A stretch of 64,000 nt of DNA from Candidatus Multivoradales bacterium (GCA_965223325.1 CBDCWI010000002.1:2688001-2752000); one strand, 5' to 3'; positions 49,067 through 59,472 are shown, numbered from the stretch's first letter. Numbers and translations are program-made. The notes: generated by a model from the sequence alone, not told the origin.

Positions 49067-49975
49067 TCAGCCGTAGTCGTTGAAGCGCTGCACCGCCTCG
49101 ACAATCTCCGAAAGCCAGGACTCCTCGCCGGCGAAAGGGGCGCTCGCGCGCGGCCAATGGACGACCAGGTCGGTGACTCCAACGGACGCGTAGCTCGAGA
49201 GGGCGGCGGCGAGGGCGGTCTTTGAAGCCCGGATCCGTTTTGAGTAGAGGCTTTCTAGGTAGATCCCGGTCAGCACCAGCCGGTCGAGAGCACCAGCGTC
49301 CCGCTGCTCACTCTCACAGGCTCTCTCGAGCCGAGCGATCTGCTCAGCGATCACCTGGACGCTCTCATCCAGCGGCACCGGTTCCGCAACGGTGCGGTCA
49401 CCGTTCGACACCCAGGTCGCCGCCTGGCGCGCAGCCAGCCGCAGCCCACGAGGACCGGTGGCGGCGATGGCGAAGGGCAGACGCGGCTTCTGCACACAAC
49501 CCGGGTGGTTGGGGAATGAAACCGAGCTGTAGTACTCGCCGCGAAAGGTGCTCTCGCCGCTACGCAGCGCGCGATCGAGAACCTCGACGAACTCCTCCAA
49601 ACGTGAGAAGCGCTCCGCGTTCGACCACCGTGTCTGCCCAAGGATCTCGGCATCCCAGCCGCTCGATCCCGCGCCGACACCGAGCGTCATGCGACCACCC
49701 GAAATCTCGTCGAGCGTCATCAGATCGCGCGCGAACGGTACTGGATGGCGAAAGTTCGGCGAGGCCACCAGGGTGCCCAATCGCATCCGTTGGGTAGCGA
49801 GCGCCGCCGCAGTCAGGGTCGGGACGGTTCCGTACCAGGGTCCATCCCGGAGGGTTCGCCAGGCCAGATGATCGTAGGTCCAGGCGTGGTCAAAGCCCAT
49901 CTCCTCCGCACGCACCCACCGGCCGCGGTCTTCTGACCAGCGGCGTTCGGGAAGAATGAGAACTCCGATTCGCAT
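49067..49975 (-). CDS. LLM-class flavin-dependent oxidoreductase
   Basis: 'GFDHAWTYDHL', 'LGTLVASPNFRHP', 'SGGRMTLGVGAG'. Confidence 0.9.
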   Translation of the reverse strand: MRIGVLILPERRWSEDRGRWVRAEEMGFDHAWTYDHLAWRTLRDGPWYGTVPTLTAAALATQRMRLGTLVASPNFRHPVPFARDLMTLDEISGGRMTLGVGAGSSGWDAEILGQTRWSNAERFSRLEEFVEVLDRALRSGESTFRGEYYSSVSFPNHPGCVQKPRLPFAIAATGPRGLRLAARQAATWVSNGDRTVAEPVPLDESVQVIAEQIARLERACESEQRDAGALDRLVLTGIYLESLYSKRIRASKTALAAALSSYASVGVTDLVVHWPRASAPFAGEESWLSEIVEAVQRFNDYG

Positions 49976-50056
49976 AGCGCATCGATGGTAGCCCTGGAGG
50001 GCTGATCGTCGCGGCAGTAGAAGGGACGCTCAAATAGAAGCGAGCTCTGAGCCGGT

Positions 50057-50602
50057 CTAGCCAGCCTCTTCCTGCACGGTGACGTTGATGACGTGGCAAA
50101 GGCCCGGATCGTCGAGCGTCACATGGGCACCGTCGCCAACTTGAAGAGCGAGTTTGTGCGCGCCGGGCTCGAGGGTGAGCTCGATCATGTTCGATCCGTC
50201 ACCGAAATGGATCCATGGATCGGCGGTGGGGATGACGATGCCGGGCGCGAGGCACTCCGTGTCGACACCGATGTGAAAGTGTCCGGCGCCCTCATGGATC
50301 ATGCCGTCACCAACGGGTTCGATGACGTAGTCGGAGTGCCCGAACTCGAGCTCGACGATGGGCGGAACGGTGGCACCGTCTTCGAGCCCCACGAACCACA
50401 CTTTGGGGCCCTCGGGAGAGTTCTGGGCGGCGATCTGGTCGAGGTCTGCGGCTGCCGGCTCGGCAACTCCCTCGCGATCACTGGTGCATCCAACGAGCAG
50501 TAGGCCGAGGCCGATGACGGCGACGAGCAAGGCTCGCCTCAAAGGCAACCTGGAGGGCGCCGCGCGCGTGGTTAACGGAGAGTCGATCGACTGTACGTGC
50601 AT
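50057..50602 (-). CDS. DUF4399-domain lipoprotein
   Basis: Lipobox 'LLVGC'; 'GHFHIGVD', 'IHFGDG', 'LEPGAHKLALQVGDGAH'. Confidence 0.8.
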   Translation of the reverse strand: MHVQSIDSPLTTRAAPSRLPLRRALLVAVIGLGLLLVGCTSDREGVAEPAAADLDQIAAQNSPEGPKVWFVGLEDGATVPPIVELEFGHSDYVIEPVGDGMIHEGAGHFHIGVDTECLAPGIVIPTADPWIHFGDGSNMIELTLEPGAHKLALQVGDGAHVTLDDPGLCHVINVTVQEEAG

Positions 50603-50822
50603 GCTATTCCCACCAAAGAAGTCTGTGCCACTGAAGAGTCCGTGCAACTCGGCCCAGCAAACGGTGCTGTCCCGTGAGTTGACCGGAGTTCGATCGACTA
50701 GAGACTAGCGCAACTCGGTGTCCCTGGGCCCTTTAAGGCGCCACCGGCAACCGACTTGACCGATTGGTCAGTACGGTGGGAAGATGGTTCTTCACAGTCA
50801 ACTCATGACGGAGTACCGAAGT

Positions 50823-51695
50823 ATGAAGTCGTTCCTCGGGTACGCGACGGTTCTCATCACCGTTCTCGCGCTCACGCTCGCCTCAGCACCTGCCCTCGCC
50901 CAGTCCGGCGAAGGCTCATCGTTTGAACCCACACGGCTCGCCAATGGCAAGCCGGATCTGAACGGCGTCTGGCAGGTCATGAACACCGCCAACTACAACG
51001 TCGAGCGGCACATGGCAAGCCACGCCCTCCAGCTGCGCGAAGGCCCGCATGGGCCGCTCCCGGCAGCCGAAGTCCTGGCGCTCGGCGCCGTGGGCGCCGT
51101 ACCAGGCGGCATGGGAGTTGTGGTCGGCGGCAAGATCCCGTACAAGCCCGAAGCGCTCGCCAAACGCGATGAGAACCGGGCGAACTACCTGGAGCGCGAT
51201 CCTGAGGTCAAGTGCTACCTCCCCGGCGTGCCCCGCGCGACCTACATGCCGTACCCGTTCCAGATCGTCCAGAACGAGCACTCGATGCTGATCGCCTACG
51301 AGTACGCCGGTGCGGTGCGTGAGATCTACATGGACGACCCGGGCCCCGCCCCCGTCGACTCCTGGATGGGCTGGTCGCACGGCACCTGGGACGGCGACAC
51401 CCTGGTGGTCCAGGTCACCGGCCTGCGCGAAGACACCTGGTTCGACCGCGCCGGTAACCATCACGGCCCGATGATGAAGGTCACCGAGCGCTACACGATG
51501 ATCTCGCCGTACCACATGGAGTACGAGGCGACCATTGAGGACCCGGACACGTTTACCGAGCCCTGGACCATGAAGATGCCTCTCTATCGCCGCATGGAAG
51601 AGACCGCACAGCTCATGGACTTCCGTTGCGTCGAGTTCGTCGAAGAGCTGCTCTACGGCGAATGGCGCAAGAACCCACTACCGCGCTTCAAGTAG
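50823..51695 (+). CDS. Conserved secreted hypothetical protein (type found beside DUF6152 genes)
   Basis: 'GKPDLNGVWQ', 'DPEVKCYLPGVPR', 'WMGWSHGTWDGDTLVV', 'TIEDPDTFTEPWT', 'FRCVE'. Confidence 0.75.
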   Translation: MKSFLGYATVLITVLALTLASAPALAQSGEGSSFEPTRLANGKPDLNGVWQVMNTANYNVERHMASHALQLREGPHGPLPAAEVLALGAVGAVPGGMGVVVGGKIPYKPEALAKRDENRANYLERDPEVKCYLPGVPRATYMPYPFQIVQNEHSMLIAYEYAGAVREIYMDDPGPAPVDSWMGWSHGTWDGDTLVVQVTGLREDTWFDRAGNHHGPMMKVTERYTMISPYHMEYEATIEDPDTFTEPWTMKMPLYRRMEETAQLMDFRCVEFVEELLYGEWRKNPLPRFK

Positions 51696-51947
51696 GCCGA
51701 GCCGCTCGGCGGAAAAGGAGCCGGCGGCAGCCACCTCCTTTGGGTGTCAGCCGCAACCCGAACGCTAGAATCGCAAGCCCTGACAGGAAAAAGAGGGAAT
51801 ACAGCGCCGGCAGGCAGCCTTACTCTCTTGCCAACCACCGACAGATCCTTGGATCCTGACCACCGAAACATCTCCGAGATCACCTTCAGATCGTAAGACC
51901 CATCACTCCCGCCAGTTCAGTTGACAGGAGACGAAAGGACACACACC

Positions 51948-52397
51948 ATGAACAAGAGAGTTCTCATCATCCTCGCCGTCATCGGCGTCCTCGCGGCCGT
52001 TTCCGTGCCGGTCGTCGCGCACCACGCCTTTGGTGCCGAGTTCGACCCCAACCGCCCACTCATTCTCAAGGGCCCGGTGACCAAGGTCGAGTGGGTCAAC
52101 CCTCACGCCTGGATCCACCTCGAAGTGACCAAGGACGACGGCACCAAGGAAGCCTGGATGGTCGAAGGCGGCACGCCGAACACCCTCCTGCGTCGCGGCC
52201 TGACCCGCGACTCCCTAAAGCCCGGCACCTTCATCGTGGTCGACGGCTACCAGGCCAAGGATCGCTCCAACCGCGCCAACGGCCGTGACGTCACCTTCGA
52301 AGACGGCACCAAGCTCTTCATGGGCTCCTCCGGCACCGGCGCCCCGAAGGACGGCCGCGATCCCACCGAGCGCAAGCGCAACAGCGGTCGCCGCTAG
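51948..52397 (+). CDS. DUF6152 family protein
   Basis: Signal peptide then 'AHHAFGAEFD', 'VEWVNPHAWIHL', 'WMVEGG.PN.L.RRG'. Confidence 0.88.
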   Translation: MNKRVLIILAVIGVLAAVSVPVVAHHAFGAEFDPNRPLILKGPVTKVEWVNPHAWIHLEVTKDDGTKEAWMVEGGTPNTLLRRGLTRDSLKPGTFIVVDGYQAKDRSNRANGRDVTFEDGTKLFMGSSGTGAPKDGRDPTERKRNSGRR

Positions 52398-52435
52398 CAC
52401 TTGAGTTCGGGAAAACCGCTCCGGCGGAATGACTG

Positions 52436-52465
52436 AAAAGGGTGGCCCGAGGGCCACCCCTTTTT
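52436..52465. terminator. Probable bidirectional intrinsic terminator
   Basis: aaaag-ggtggccc-ga-gggccacc-ccttttt between convergent genes. Confidence 0.75.
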
Positions 52466-52525
52466 GTGCCTGGGCTTTCCCCTGAGAGCTGCTGGTTCGT
52501 TCCCTCGCGTTCCCGGTGAGCTCGC

Positions 52526-53080
52526 TCAATCGGTCGTCGCATGGCCAAGGAGCAACGCCGCGAAACCAGGCAGGAAGGCAAACGCCCAGAGAGCGCTGCG
52601 CACGACATAGTTGATCGGTTGGTCCTGGGCAGTCGTCCAGATCCCTGAGATCGCCCAGAACCCTGCACCCGACAGGACGGCGGCGAGCCCAGAACGGAGG
52701 AGCGTCCTGGCAACAGCCTCGCGATTCCCGCAGGACCAACGAAACAAGAGCGCGATCACGACCCACATCGCACACCACGAAACCAGAAGCGCGCCAAGGT
52801 AGCCGACGACCGAGGCGACCGGGTAGAAGACCGCGGCAATCAATAGACCCGCCAACGGTAGTGTCGCCACGAGCCGGCGGCAAGCCACCCGTACGTCGGC
52901 GCCTGCGACGCCGGCAGAGCACCCCAGCACAGCGGCAATCAAGAGGAAGACCAGGACCCCATGAACGACCGCCGGCACGAGAGCACCGTCAGTCAGGAAG
53001 TTGGCCCACAACCAGTCGCCAAAAGCGGAGGCGAATCCCAGGGTGAGTGCGCCGAGAGTCGCCGCGATCAGCGCACGCAC
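52526..53080 (-). CDS. Hypothetical integral membrane protein
   Basis: About six hydrophobic segments; follows the DUF6644 genes on the same strand. Confidence 0.65.
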   Translation of the reverse strand: MRALIAATLGALTLGFASAFGDWLWANFLTDGALVPAVVHGVLVFLLIAAVLGCSAGVAGADVRVACRRLVATLPLAGLLIAAVFYPVASVVGYLGALLVSWCAMWVVIALLFRWSCGNREAVARTLLRSGLAAVLSGAGFWAISGIWTTAQDQPINYVVRSALWAFAFLPGFAALLLGHATTD

Positions 53081-53126
53081 GCTTGCACCTCGGCACCGCG
53101 CAGCTGGAGGGGGGACGCCTCCAGCC

Positions 53127-53624
53127 TCAGCCCCAGAAACCGATCCAGCGACCGCCCCAGGCCGCGGTTCCCCAGAGCAACAACGAAACGATCGCCACCA
53201 CCCTGCCCCAGATCGGACCGACCTTCTCGGGATCAGCCATGGTCACCTTGCGGTGAACCGTATAAGTGAAGGGGATCGCGATCGCAATCGCAATCATCTT
53301 CCGCCAGAAGGGCATGTTGAAGTAGAGCTTCAATGACTCGGAGAAAAACAGGAGAACGCCGGTGATGATCATGACGACCAGGCCAATGGTCAGGTACCTG
53401 CGAGTGTTCGCCGCGACCACTGCGACCGGCTGAGAGGTAAAGACAATGCCGAGGTGGCGCAGGTCAGTGACCAGAATCGCACCTCCCATGAGGGCGAAGC
53501 CTAGAAGATGCACGGCTTCAATTGCCGGGAAGAGCCACAGCGACTCGAGGATCCAGCTGGCCACTGCTGTGCCCTCGGCCCATTCGAAGAACGGATACAG
53601 GGCGTCGTAGATGGTGTCGATCAC
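53127..53624 (-). CDS. DUF6644 family membrane protein
   Basis: 'FPAIEAVHLLG', 'DLRHLG', 'ITGVLLF', 'F..KM', 'GRWIGF'. Confidence 0.82.
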   Translation of the reverse strand: MIDTIYDALYPFFEWAEGTAVASWILESLWLFPAIEAVHLLGFALMGGAILVTDLRHLGIVFTSQPVAVVAANTRRYLTIGLVVMIITGVLLFFSESLKLYFNMPFWRKMIAIAIAIPFTYTVHRKVTMADPEKVGPIWGRVVAIVSLLLWGTAAWGGRWIGFWG

Positions 53625-53627
53625 CTC

Positions 53628-54203
53628 TTAGCCTCCCAGCCCGTGTTCGACGGCGATGTGTTCACACCCTGCGGCCCAGGTCACGAAAGCGCCCTGCGGC
53701 ATGTCGCAGTCAAACCAGTTGTAGGCGATCATGCGACCGGTGATGATGATGCCCGCCCAGAGAACCAGCGAAGCAATCCCGGCGAGACGGGCCTTCTTCG
53801 GCGGTTTCGGGTCGCGATCCCATTCCGCCACCCGGCGCCAGATGCCGTTGTGGAAAAGGAACACGTTGAGCCCAGCAAGAAGGAGCATGATGACCTTGAC
53901 ACGGAACCAGATGCTGTGGGTTGTACGCACCGGAATGGCATAGAAGAGCAGGAACCCGGTGATCACCATGATCACAAAGCCCACGATCATCCACGGCAAG
54001 AGGCGCTTCGAGAGCTCCGAAACCGGAACGCTGGTAAACGTCACGCCAATCAATCTCAGGTCAAGCAGAATCGCGAAGCCCACGAAGAGCGTAAGGGTCC
54101 ACACGTGGATCGCCTCAACGAGGGGATAGCCCAACAAGGACTCATGCAAGGCGGTACTCCACGCCTGCGAGTCCAGCCACTCGGCAAATCTATGTAGGTA
54201 CAT
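53628..54203 (-). CDS. DUF6644 family membrane protein (paralogue)
   Basis: 'YPLVEAIHVWT', 'DLRLIG', 'ITGFLLF', 'FRVK', 'GRMIAY'. Confidence 0.82.
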   Translation of the reverse strand: MYLHRFAEWLDSQAWSTALHESLLGYPLVEAIHVWTLTLFVGFAILLDLRLIGVTFTSVPVSELSKRLLPWMIVGFVIMVITGFLLFYAIPVRTTHSIWFRVKVIMLLLAGLNVFLFHNGIWRRVAEWDRDPKPPKKARLAGIASLVLWAGIIITGRMIAYNWFDCDMPQGAFVTWAAGCEHIAVEHGLGG

Positions 54204-54391
54204 GGTGTGCGGGCATTATCCCCTAGTCACCACCGGTCGCAAGCGCAGCAACTCCAGATCCAGAGATGCCTCCGCATCTCTCCCAGCCGAACGCAACGCC
54301 AACGTTCAGTGCGACAGGCTGTAGCTCGTTTCACAAGGCGTTCGAATTGCCCCATGGCCAGATGCGACTCGGAAACGACCCCGAGAAGGGC

Positions 54392-54991
54392 TCAGCTGTC
54401 GCCGGCCGACGTCCGCGGCTTCGATTTCGCCTTCGACTCCTCGTCCTCGAACCGCGGTGCCGTCTCGGGCGGCTCGAAGTCCGCGGTCCAGTACTCGGCG
54501 TGGCAACCGGCACAGGTGTTGTAGATCTCCTCGCCGACGTCAAAGACTCGTTGCGAATCCCTCGCGTCGGCTGCGAACATCGCAGCCTCCGCCGCATCCG
54601 TCAGGTCGCGAGCCCACAGGTCCCAGTTGCCTGGCTGGGAACGCGGTTTCATGAGCAGCAGATTGCCGGCCTCGGCCAGTACGACCGCGTTGTTGCGCAC
54701 CAGGACCCACTCCTCGTCGGTCTCCGGGCGGTACTCATGCAGCCCGTCCTCATCGTAGATATCGTGGACCGCGTCCCAGATGAAGTCAGCAGCCGGGTCG
54801 AGCATCGAGGACATCAGGAGCTTGGTCCCCGCAACCGGACGGTAGTCGACCGCCAGGCCAGGATCGTCTTCGGGTACCGCATCGGACGCACACCCGGCGA
54901 TTACACAACCGGCAGCGAGTACCAAGAGCAACGACAATCGTGACAGGCCCGGCGTTCTCGGAGAAGTCGGTGAAAGGGCAAGGTAGACCAT
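54392..54991 (-). CDS. Cytochrome c'-like lipoprotein
   Basis: Lipobox 'VIAGC', four-helix pattern, C-terminal heme motif 'CAGCH'. Confidence 0.75.
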   Translation of the reverse strand: MVYLALSPTSPRTPGLSRLSLLLVLAAGCVIAGCASDAVPEDDPGLAVDYRPVAGTKLLMSSMLDPAADFIWDAVHDIYDEDGLHEYRPETDEEWVLVRNNAVVLAEAGNLLLMKPRSQPGNWDLWARDLTDAAEAAMFAADARDSQRVFDVGEEIYNTCAGCHAEYWTADFEPPETAPRFEDEESKAKSKPRTSAGDS

Positions 54992-55083
54992 GGTGCGGTT
55001 CCCGGGAGTCGAAATAAGGACGGCAAGGATCTACTGATCGTAGCGCAGCCTCACCGCCCCGTTTTTCCCAGAAGGCCCGCCGA

Positions 55084-56529
55084 TCAATCCTCAGGACGCT
55101 CACCGGCAGGCGCCATCTTGACCAGGCGCGGTGCGAAACGAGCCAACGGCTCGACCAGGTCCTCCTGCTGCGCCATGACGGCCTCGATGTTCTTGTAGAC
55201 CATCGGCACCTCGTCGAGCCCAGCAGACATCAGAACCACCTGGCGCTTCTCGAGGTAGCGCTTGGCGTCTTGCCAGTCGAGTGTCTTCTTGGCCTGAGTC
55301 CTGCTCATGACACGACCGGCACCGTGCGCTGCCGACTCGAGCGATGCCGGGTTTCCCAGCCCACGCACGAGGTATGCATGATCGGCCATCGAGCCTGGAA
55401 TCACTCCCAGGACACCCTCGCCGGCCGGCGTTGCGCCTTTTCGATGGACGATCACCTCCTCGCCGTCGTGGATCTCCTTCCAGGCAAAGTTGTGATGGTT
55501 CTCCACATCGAGCATCACCTCTACACCGAGATTCCTCGCGATCTCGCGGTGAATACATGCGTGGTTGGCCGCAGCGTAGTGCCCCATGAGCGACATCGCC
55601 TGCCAGTACTCCTGGCCAGCCTCAGACTCGAGATCGAGCCATGCGAGGTGGCGGAGTTCGCGCGGCAGCTCCTTGTGGTTCTCCATCGCCAGCTTGCTGT
55701 AGTGGTTGGCAACATTGGCGCCGGTCCCACGGCTTCCGCTGTGTGAGAGAAGCGCGAGGTAGTCACCCGGCTCGAGCCCGCAGCGATCGTCGTCACAGGT
55801 GAAGACGCCGAACTCGACGAAATGGTTGCCCGAGCCGCTGGTACCCAGCTGCGCCCACGCCTTGTTCTTCAAGCGCTTGGTGATCGCGGTGACATCCCAG
55901 TCCCGGTCCATGACGTCATGCTCGCGACGACGCTTGAACTTCGCTCCGATGCCAAAGCGCGTCTCGCGGTCAATCGCACTACGTAGGCGCGGCTCCTGGT
56001 CATCGAGAGTCCCCACCGGCAGGTCGAGAACCGTCAGCTTCATACGGCAAGCGATGTCGACTCCGACGGCATAGGGAATGACCGCCCCGCGCGTCGCCAG
56101 AACGCCACCGATCGGAAGCCCGTAGCCGCGATGCGCATCGGGCATCAGGGCACCGCGGACTGCGACTGGCAAGCGCGAAGCGTTCTCGAGCTGCTGGATC
56201 GACGCCGAGTCGAGGTCTTCGCCCCACTGCTGGTAGGGCGCCGGCTCGGCACGTTCTTCCCAGGCCGGCCCGCGACGACTCTCGAGGGCAACGGCAAGAG
56301 GACCGAGAGCGTCATCCTCGAGAAAGAGCGAGGGGTCTGCAACCGCCCTCTCGATCAGAGAACGCGCCTCGTCTTCGCTTGCGCCGCCGGCAACCAGCGC
56401 CCGCGCCGCCTCGAGCGCCATCCGCCGCTCCGGTCCGTGCGGCACCCCGCTTGCCTTCCAGGTCTTGCCGCTCCAGCTCAGCTGCCGGGCCAGTGTCTGC
56501 TCTCCGTTGTCTGTTTCGTCCTTGTTCAT
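55084..56529 (-). CDS. rtcB: RtcB family RNA ligase
   Basis: 'MPDAHRGYGLPIG', 'VGVDIAC', 'LGTSGSGNHF', 'HSGSRG', 'HHNFA', 'HRKGAT', 'HGAGR', 'DEVP.VYK'. Confidence 0.94.
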   Translation of the reverse strand: MNKDETDNGEQTLARQLSWSGKTWKASGVPHGPERRMALEAARALVAGGASEDEARSLIERAVADPSLFLEDDALGPLAVALESRRGPAWEERAEPAPYQQWGEDLDSASIQQLENASRLPVAVRGALMPDAHRGYGLPIGGVLATRGAVIPYAVGVDIACRMKLTVLDLPVGTLDDQEPRLRSAIDRETRFGIGAKFKRRREHDVMDRDWDVTAITKRLKNKAWAQLGTSGSGNHFVEFGVFTCDDDRCGLEPGDYLALLSHSGSRGTGANVANHYSKLAMENHKELPRELRHLAWLDLESEAGQEYWQAMSLMGHYAAANHACIHREIARNLGVEVMLDVENHHNFAWKEIHDGEEVIVHRKGATPAGEGVLGVIPGSMADHAYLVRGLGNPASLESAAHGAGRVMSRTQAKKTLDWQDAKRYLEKRQVVLMSAGLDEVPMVYKNIEAVMAQQEDLVEPLARFAPRLVKMAPAGERPED

Positions 56530-56669
56530 GGCAATCTCCTCGACCACACCCGAGCGCTGTCAGAGGACTTGGTCTCGCAATCGACCAGGACGCTGAACTC
56601 GCCATCTTTGGTCGCTGCATCGAAGGGCAGTAACCCACCAACGACTGAGGCGTTGATCTCTATTCCACC

Positions 56670-57586
56670 TCAGAACCGCAACGACAGCACCGGGCATGCC
56701 GCCTCTCGCATCACCCGTTCCGCCGTCGTTCCGAGCAGTGCCTGGCTGAATCCGCGTAGTCCACGGCTCCCGAGCACGATCATGTCGACCTCGTTAGCTT
56801 CTGCCATCGCGAGAATCTCCTCGTGGGCCACTCCTCGTAGCGTCCAGGGCGTGATCGAGACATCGGTCTTCGGAAGACCATCCACCAGGCCGGCGAGTGT
56901 GCTCTCAGCTTCCTCGAGCGTCAATCCATCGCGGGTCGTTTCCCCCTCGACGATGCTCAACACGGTGACTGAAGCACCGCTGCACTTCGCAATGGAAACG
57001 GCCGAGCGAAGGACGAGCGATGCGACCTTGCTCAGGTCAACCGCCACGAGAATCCGGCGCAGTGAGCGCTCGCGCTCAGGCTCGAGAGGACAGATCAGCA
57101 CAGACCCGCTTGCTTTCCTGACCACCTCGTCGGCCACGTTGCCAAGGAAGAGGCGCCGGAAACCGCGGTGACCGTGGGTTCCGACGACGATGACGTCGGC
57201 GCCGAGGGCGACGGCATGTTCGGTGATGCCGTCGGCGACCGACGTCGCGGTGATGACCTCTCCGCTGAGTTCGAATCCCAGTTGGTCACGGGCCCAGGCC
57301 ACTTCTTCCTCCATCCGCGCCCTGGTTCCCTTCATGAACGCCCTCATGTACTTCTCTGCCAGCGTCGCCGACGTGAAAACCGGGTAGACCGGGACCGAGC
57401 CCGAGAGGCGCTTCCATAGTTGGGGACCACCGCCACCAGTTCGGCGACGGCTCCGAACTCACCGGCCAGGAGGACTCCTTCTTCGAGGGCCGCCCGACTG
57501 CCATCGGAGAAGTCCGTTGCAATCAACACCCTGTCGGGAGAGAACACCTCTCCTTCGGCCTTCGTCGTTTCGTTTCGATCGGTCAT
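56670..57586 (-). pseudogene. Tandem-domain universal stress protein, frameshifted near 57420 (real lesion or sequencing error)
   Basis: The USP N-terminus 'VLIATDFSDGS' lies in one frame and 'IVVGTHGHRG...LGNVA', 'IVLGSRG...LGTTAERV' in another. One extra C in the C4 run (57422-57425 on +) would join them. Confidence 0.8.
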
Positions 57587-57790
57587 GGTTGTTGAACCTC
57601 CGGTTGATCGGTAGTCGTTGCGAAGCAACCCGGCCCGGGCCCCAGCGGCGAATTCTCATGCCTAACATAACCCCCGGAGCAGGCCGCAGGGACATCGGGA
57701 GAAGCCTGGTCGAATGTAGTTGGTTTGCGGAGCCTCCTTTTGGAGGGATCACCGCCGTCTCGGGTGCTCGGGCTCTGGCCGGGGGAAACG

Positions 57791-59389
57791 TCAAGGGAGA
57801 GCTGCTGGAAGAGCACCGAGGTGCCGAGCGATCTGCCCAACGGTTTCGTCCAGGTCGATCGTCGTGCTGACTGTCATGTGCTCACAGGAGAGAAGCTCGA
57901 CAACTGGCTCCCAGCGTGCCATGAACTGATCGAGAATCTCGAGGCGGCCGTCCGAGACCCCGGTGCGCTGCTGGCGCTCCTCGAGACGCTCTACCAGCAC
58001 CCGGCGCGGGGCATGACACTCGGCGAAGTGGAACGGAACTCCCTCGACACGGGCCAGGTGCCGCGCAGCTGTCCTCTCTGCCGCGCCGCGGAACGACGCA
58101 TCGATGACGACCGGGCGGCCAGACCGCAGCACGACGCGAGCGCGCCGCAGGACTTCGCGGTAGGTCTTCTCGGTCATCTTCGATGAGTAGGCACCTTCGA
58201 AGGCAGGGACGTGAATCGGTTGCTCAGGCTCGACCCCAAGGAGGTGCTTGCGGGTGGGGTCGGCGCTCACCACTGCACCTCCCAGCCGAAAGGCGAGCTC
58301 GTTCGCGACGGTGCTCTTACCGGAAGCGATGAGCCCCCCCACGGCCACCACCATCGGCGCCTGCAGGGACCGCCGCTCCGAGGCGAGAGCGAGCAGGAAG
58401 AAGCGCCGGGCCTCAGCCTCGGCGCGTTGCCGGGTTGCGGCCGAAATGGAGGGGTCCTCGGCCGTGAGGAGCGCGACCTTGCCGCGGACGAAGGCCCGGT
58501 AGCTCTCGTAGAAGTCGATCAGTTCGTAGAGGTCGTAGTCATTGCTCGCTCGGCTGTACTGACTGAGGAAGCGCTCAGCGAGGAGTGCCGCGCCGTGCCA
58601 GGTGAGGTCCATGGCGAGGAACGTGATGTCCGCGCAGACGTCACTGAAGCGGAAGCGCTCGTTGAACTCGATGCAGTCGATCACGCGGATGTTAGACCCT
58701 CGTTCCTGGGCCTCGTCGTTCGAACCGCTCTCCTGTCGGGTGTCGAGGGTTTGCTCCAGGTCGTCGTAGTAGACGTGCTCGAGCCGCAGGTCGCCATGAC
58801 AGTCCCGGACGCGTCCCTGCTCGGTTCGTGTTCGGAAGGCGCTTTCGTGGTCAGCGAGGAACTCCAGTTGCCGGGTCTCGATCTCAGTTAGTTCGGCCGG
58901 CGTCAGGAACGAAAGGATCGCATCCGCAGTCTGCGAAAGGTTCTCGATCACGTTCTGCTCGATTACCTCGAGCGCACCGAAGCGAGTCGTTTCCTCGTCG
59001 CAACGTGCTCGGCGGTGGAAGTCAGCGAGCAGTGCAGCCAGACCATCGATCTCGGCAGAGCCGAGGCGGCCCGCCTCGAGGAGCAGATCCGCTCGTCGGT
59101 TCTCGGCGAGACGGCGCATCACCACGACCCAATCGATGATCTCGCCGTCGCTACCTTCGATCGCATCGACCCCGAGATAGACCTCTCTTGCGAGCCGGCG
59201 GTTGAGTCTTACCTCCTCTCGACAGGCAGCAGCGCGTCGTTCGAGCGTCGTGAAGTCGAGGAACCCGAGATCCACTGGCTTTTTGCGTTTGTAGACCAGC
59301 CGGTCGTCTAGGTAGACCTTCGAGATGTGGGTCTCGACGGCTGGAAGCCGTTCGAGCTGCTCTAGGGTGAGGGGAGCCATCGCTGCCAT
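57791..59389 (-). CDS. Aminoglycoside-phosphotransferase-like + P-loop kinase (AAA_33) fusion, Rv2004c-like
   Basis: 'ETHIS', 'KKPVDLGFLDFTT', 'CHGDLRLEH', 'IDCIEFNERFR', Walker A 'GLIASGKST', 'VIDASF'. Confidence 0.9.
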   Translation of the reverse strand: MAAMAPLTLEQLERLPAVETHISKVYLDDRLVYKRKKPVDLGFLDFTTLERRAAACREEVRLNRRLAREVYLGVDAIEGSDGEIIDWVVVMRRLAENRRADLLLEAGRLGSAEIDGLAALLADFHRRARCDEETTRFGALEVIEQNVIENLSQTADAILSFLTPAELTEIETRQLEFLADHESAFRTRTEQGRVRDCHGDLRLEHVYYDDLEQTLDTRQESGSNDEAQERGSNIRVIDCIEFNERFRFSDVCADITFLAMDLTWHGAALLAERFLSQYSRASNDYDLYELIDFYESYRAFVRGKVALLTAEDPSISAATRQRAEAEARRFFLLALASERRSLQAPMVVAVGGLIASGKSTVANELAFRLGGAVVSADPTRKHLLGVEPEQPIHVPAFEGAYSSKMTEKTYREVLRRARVVLRSGRPVVIDASFRGAAERTAARHLARVEGVPFHFAECHAPRRVLVERLEERQQRTGVSDGRLEILDQFMARWEPVVELLSCEHMTVSTTIDLDETVGQIARHLGALPAALP

Positions 59390-59472
59390 CGTCGGTCGTT
59401 CTCCCGTGCAGATGAGTCGTCCTCGAAAAGGATTTCCCGCCGCGCCACGCGGCACTATCGTGGAAAACCAGG

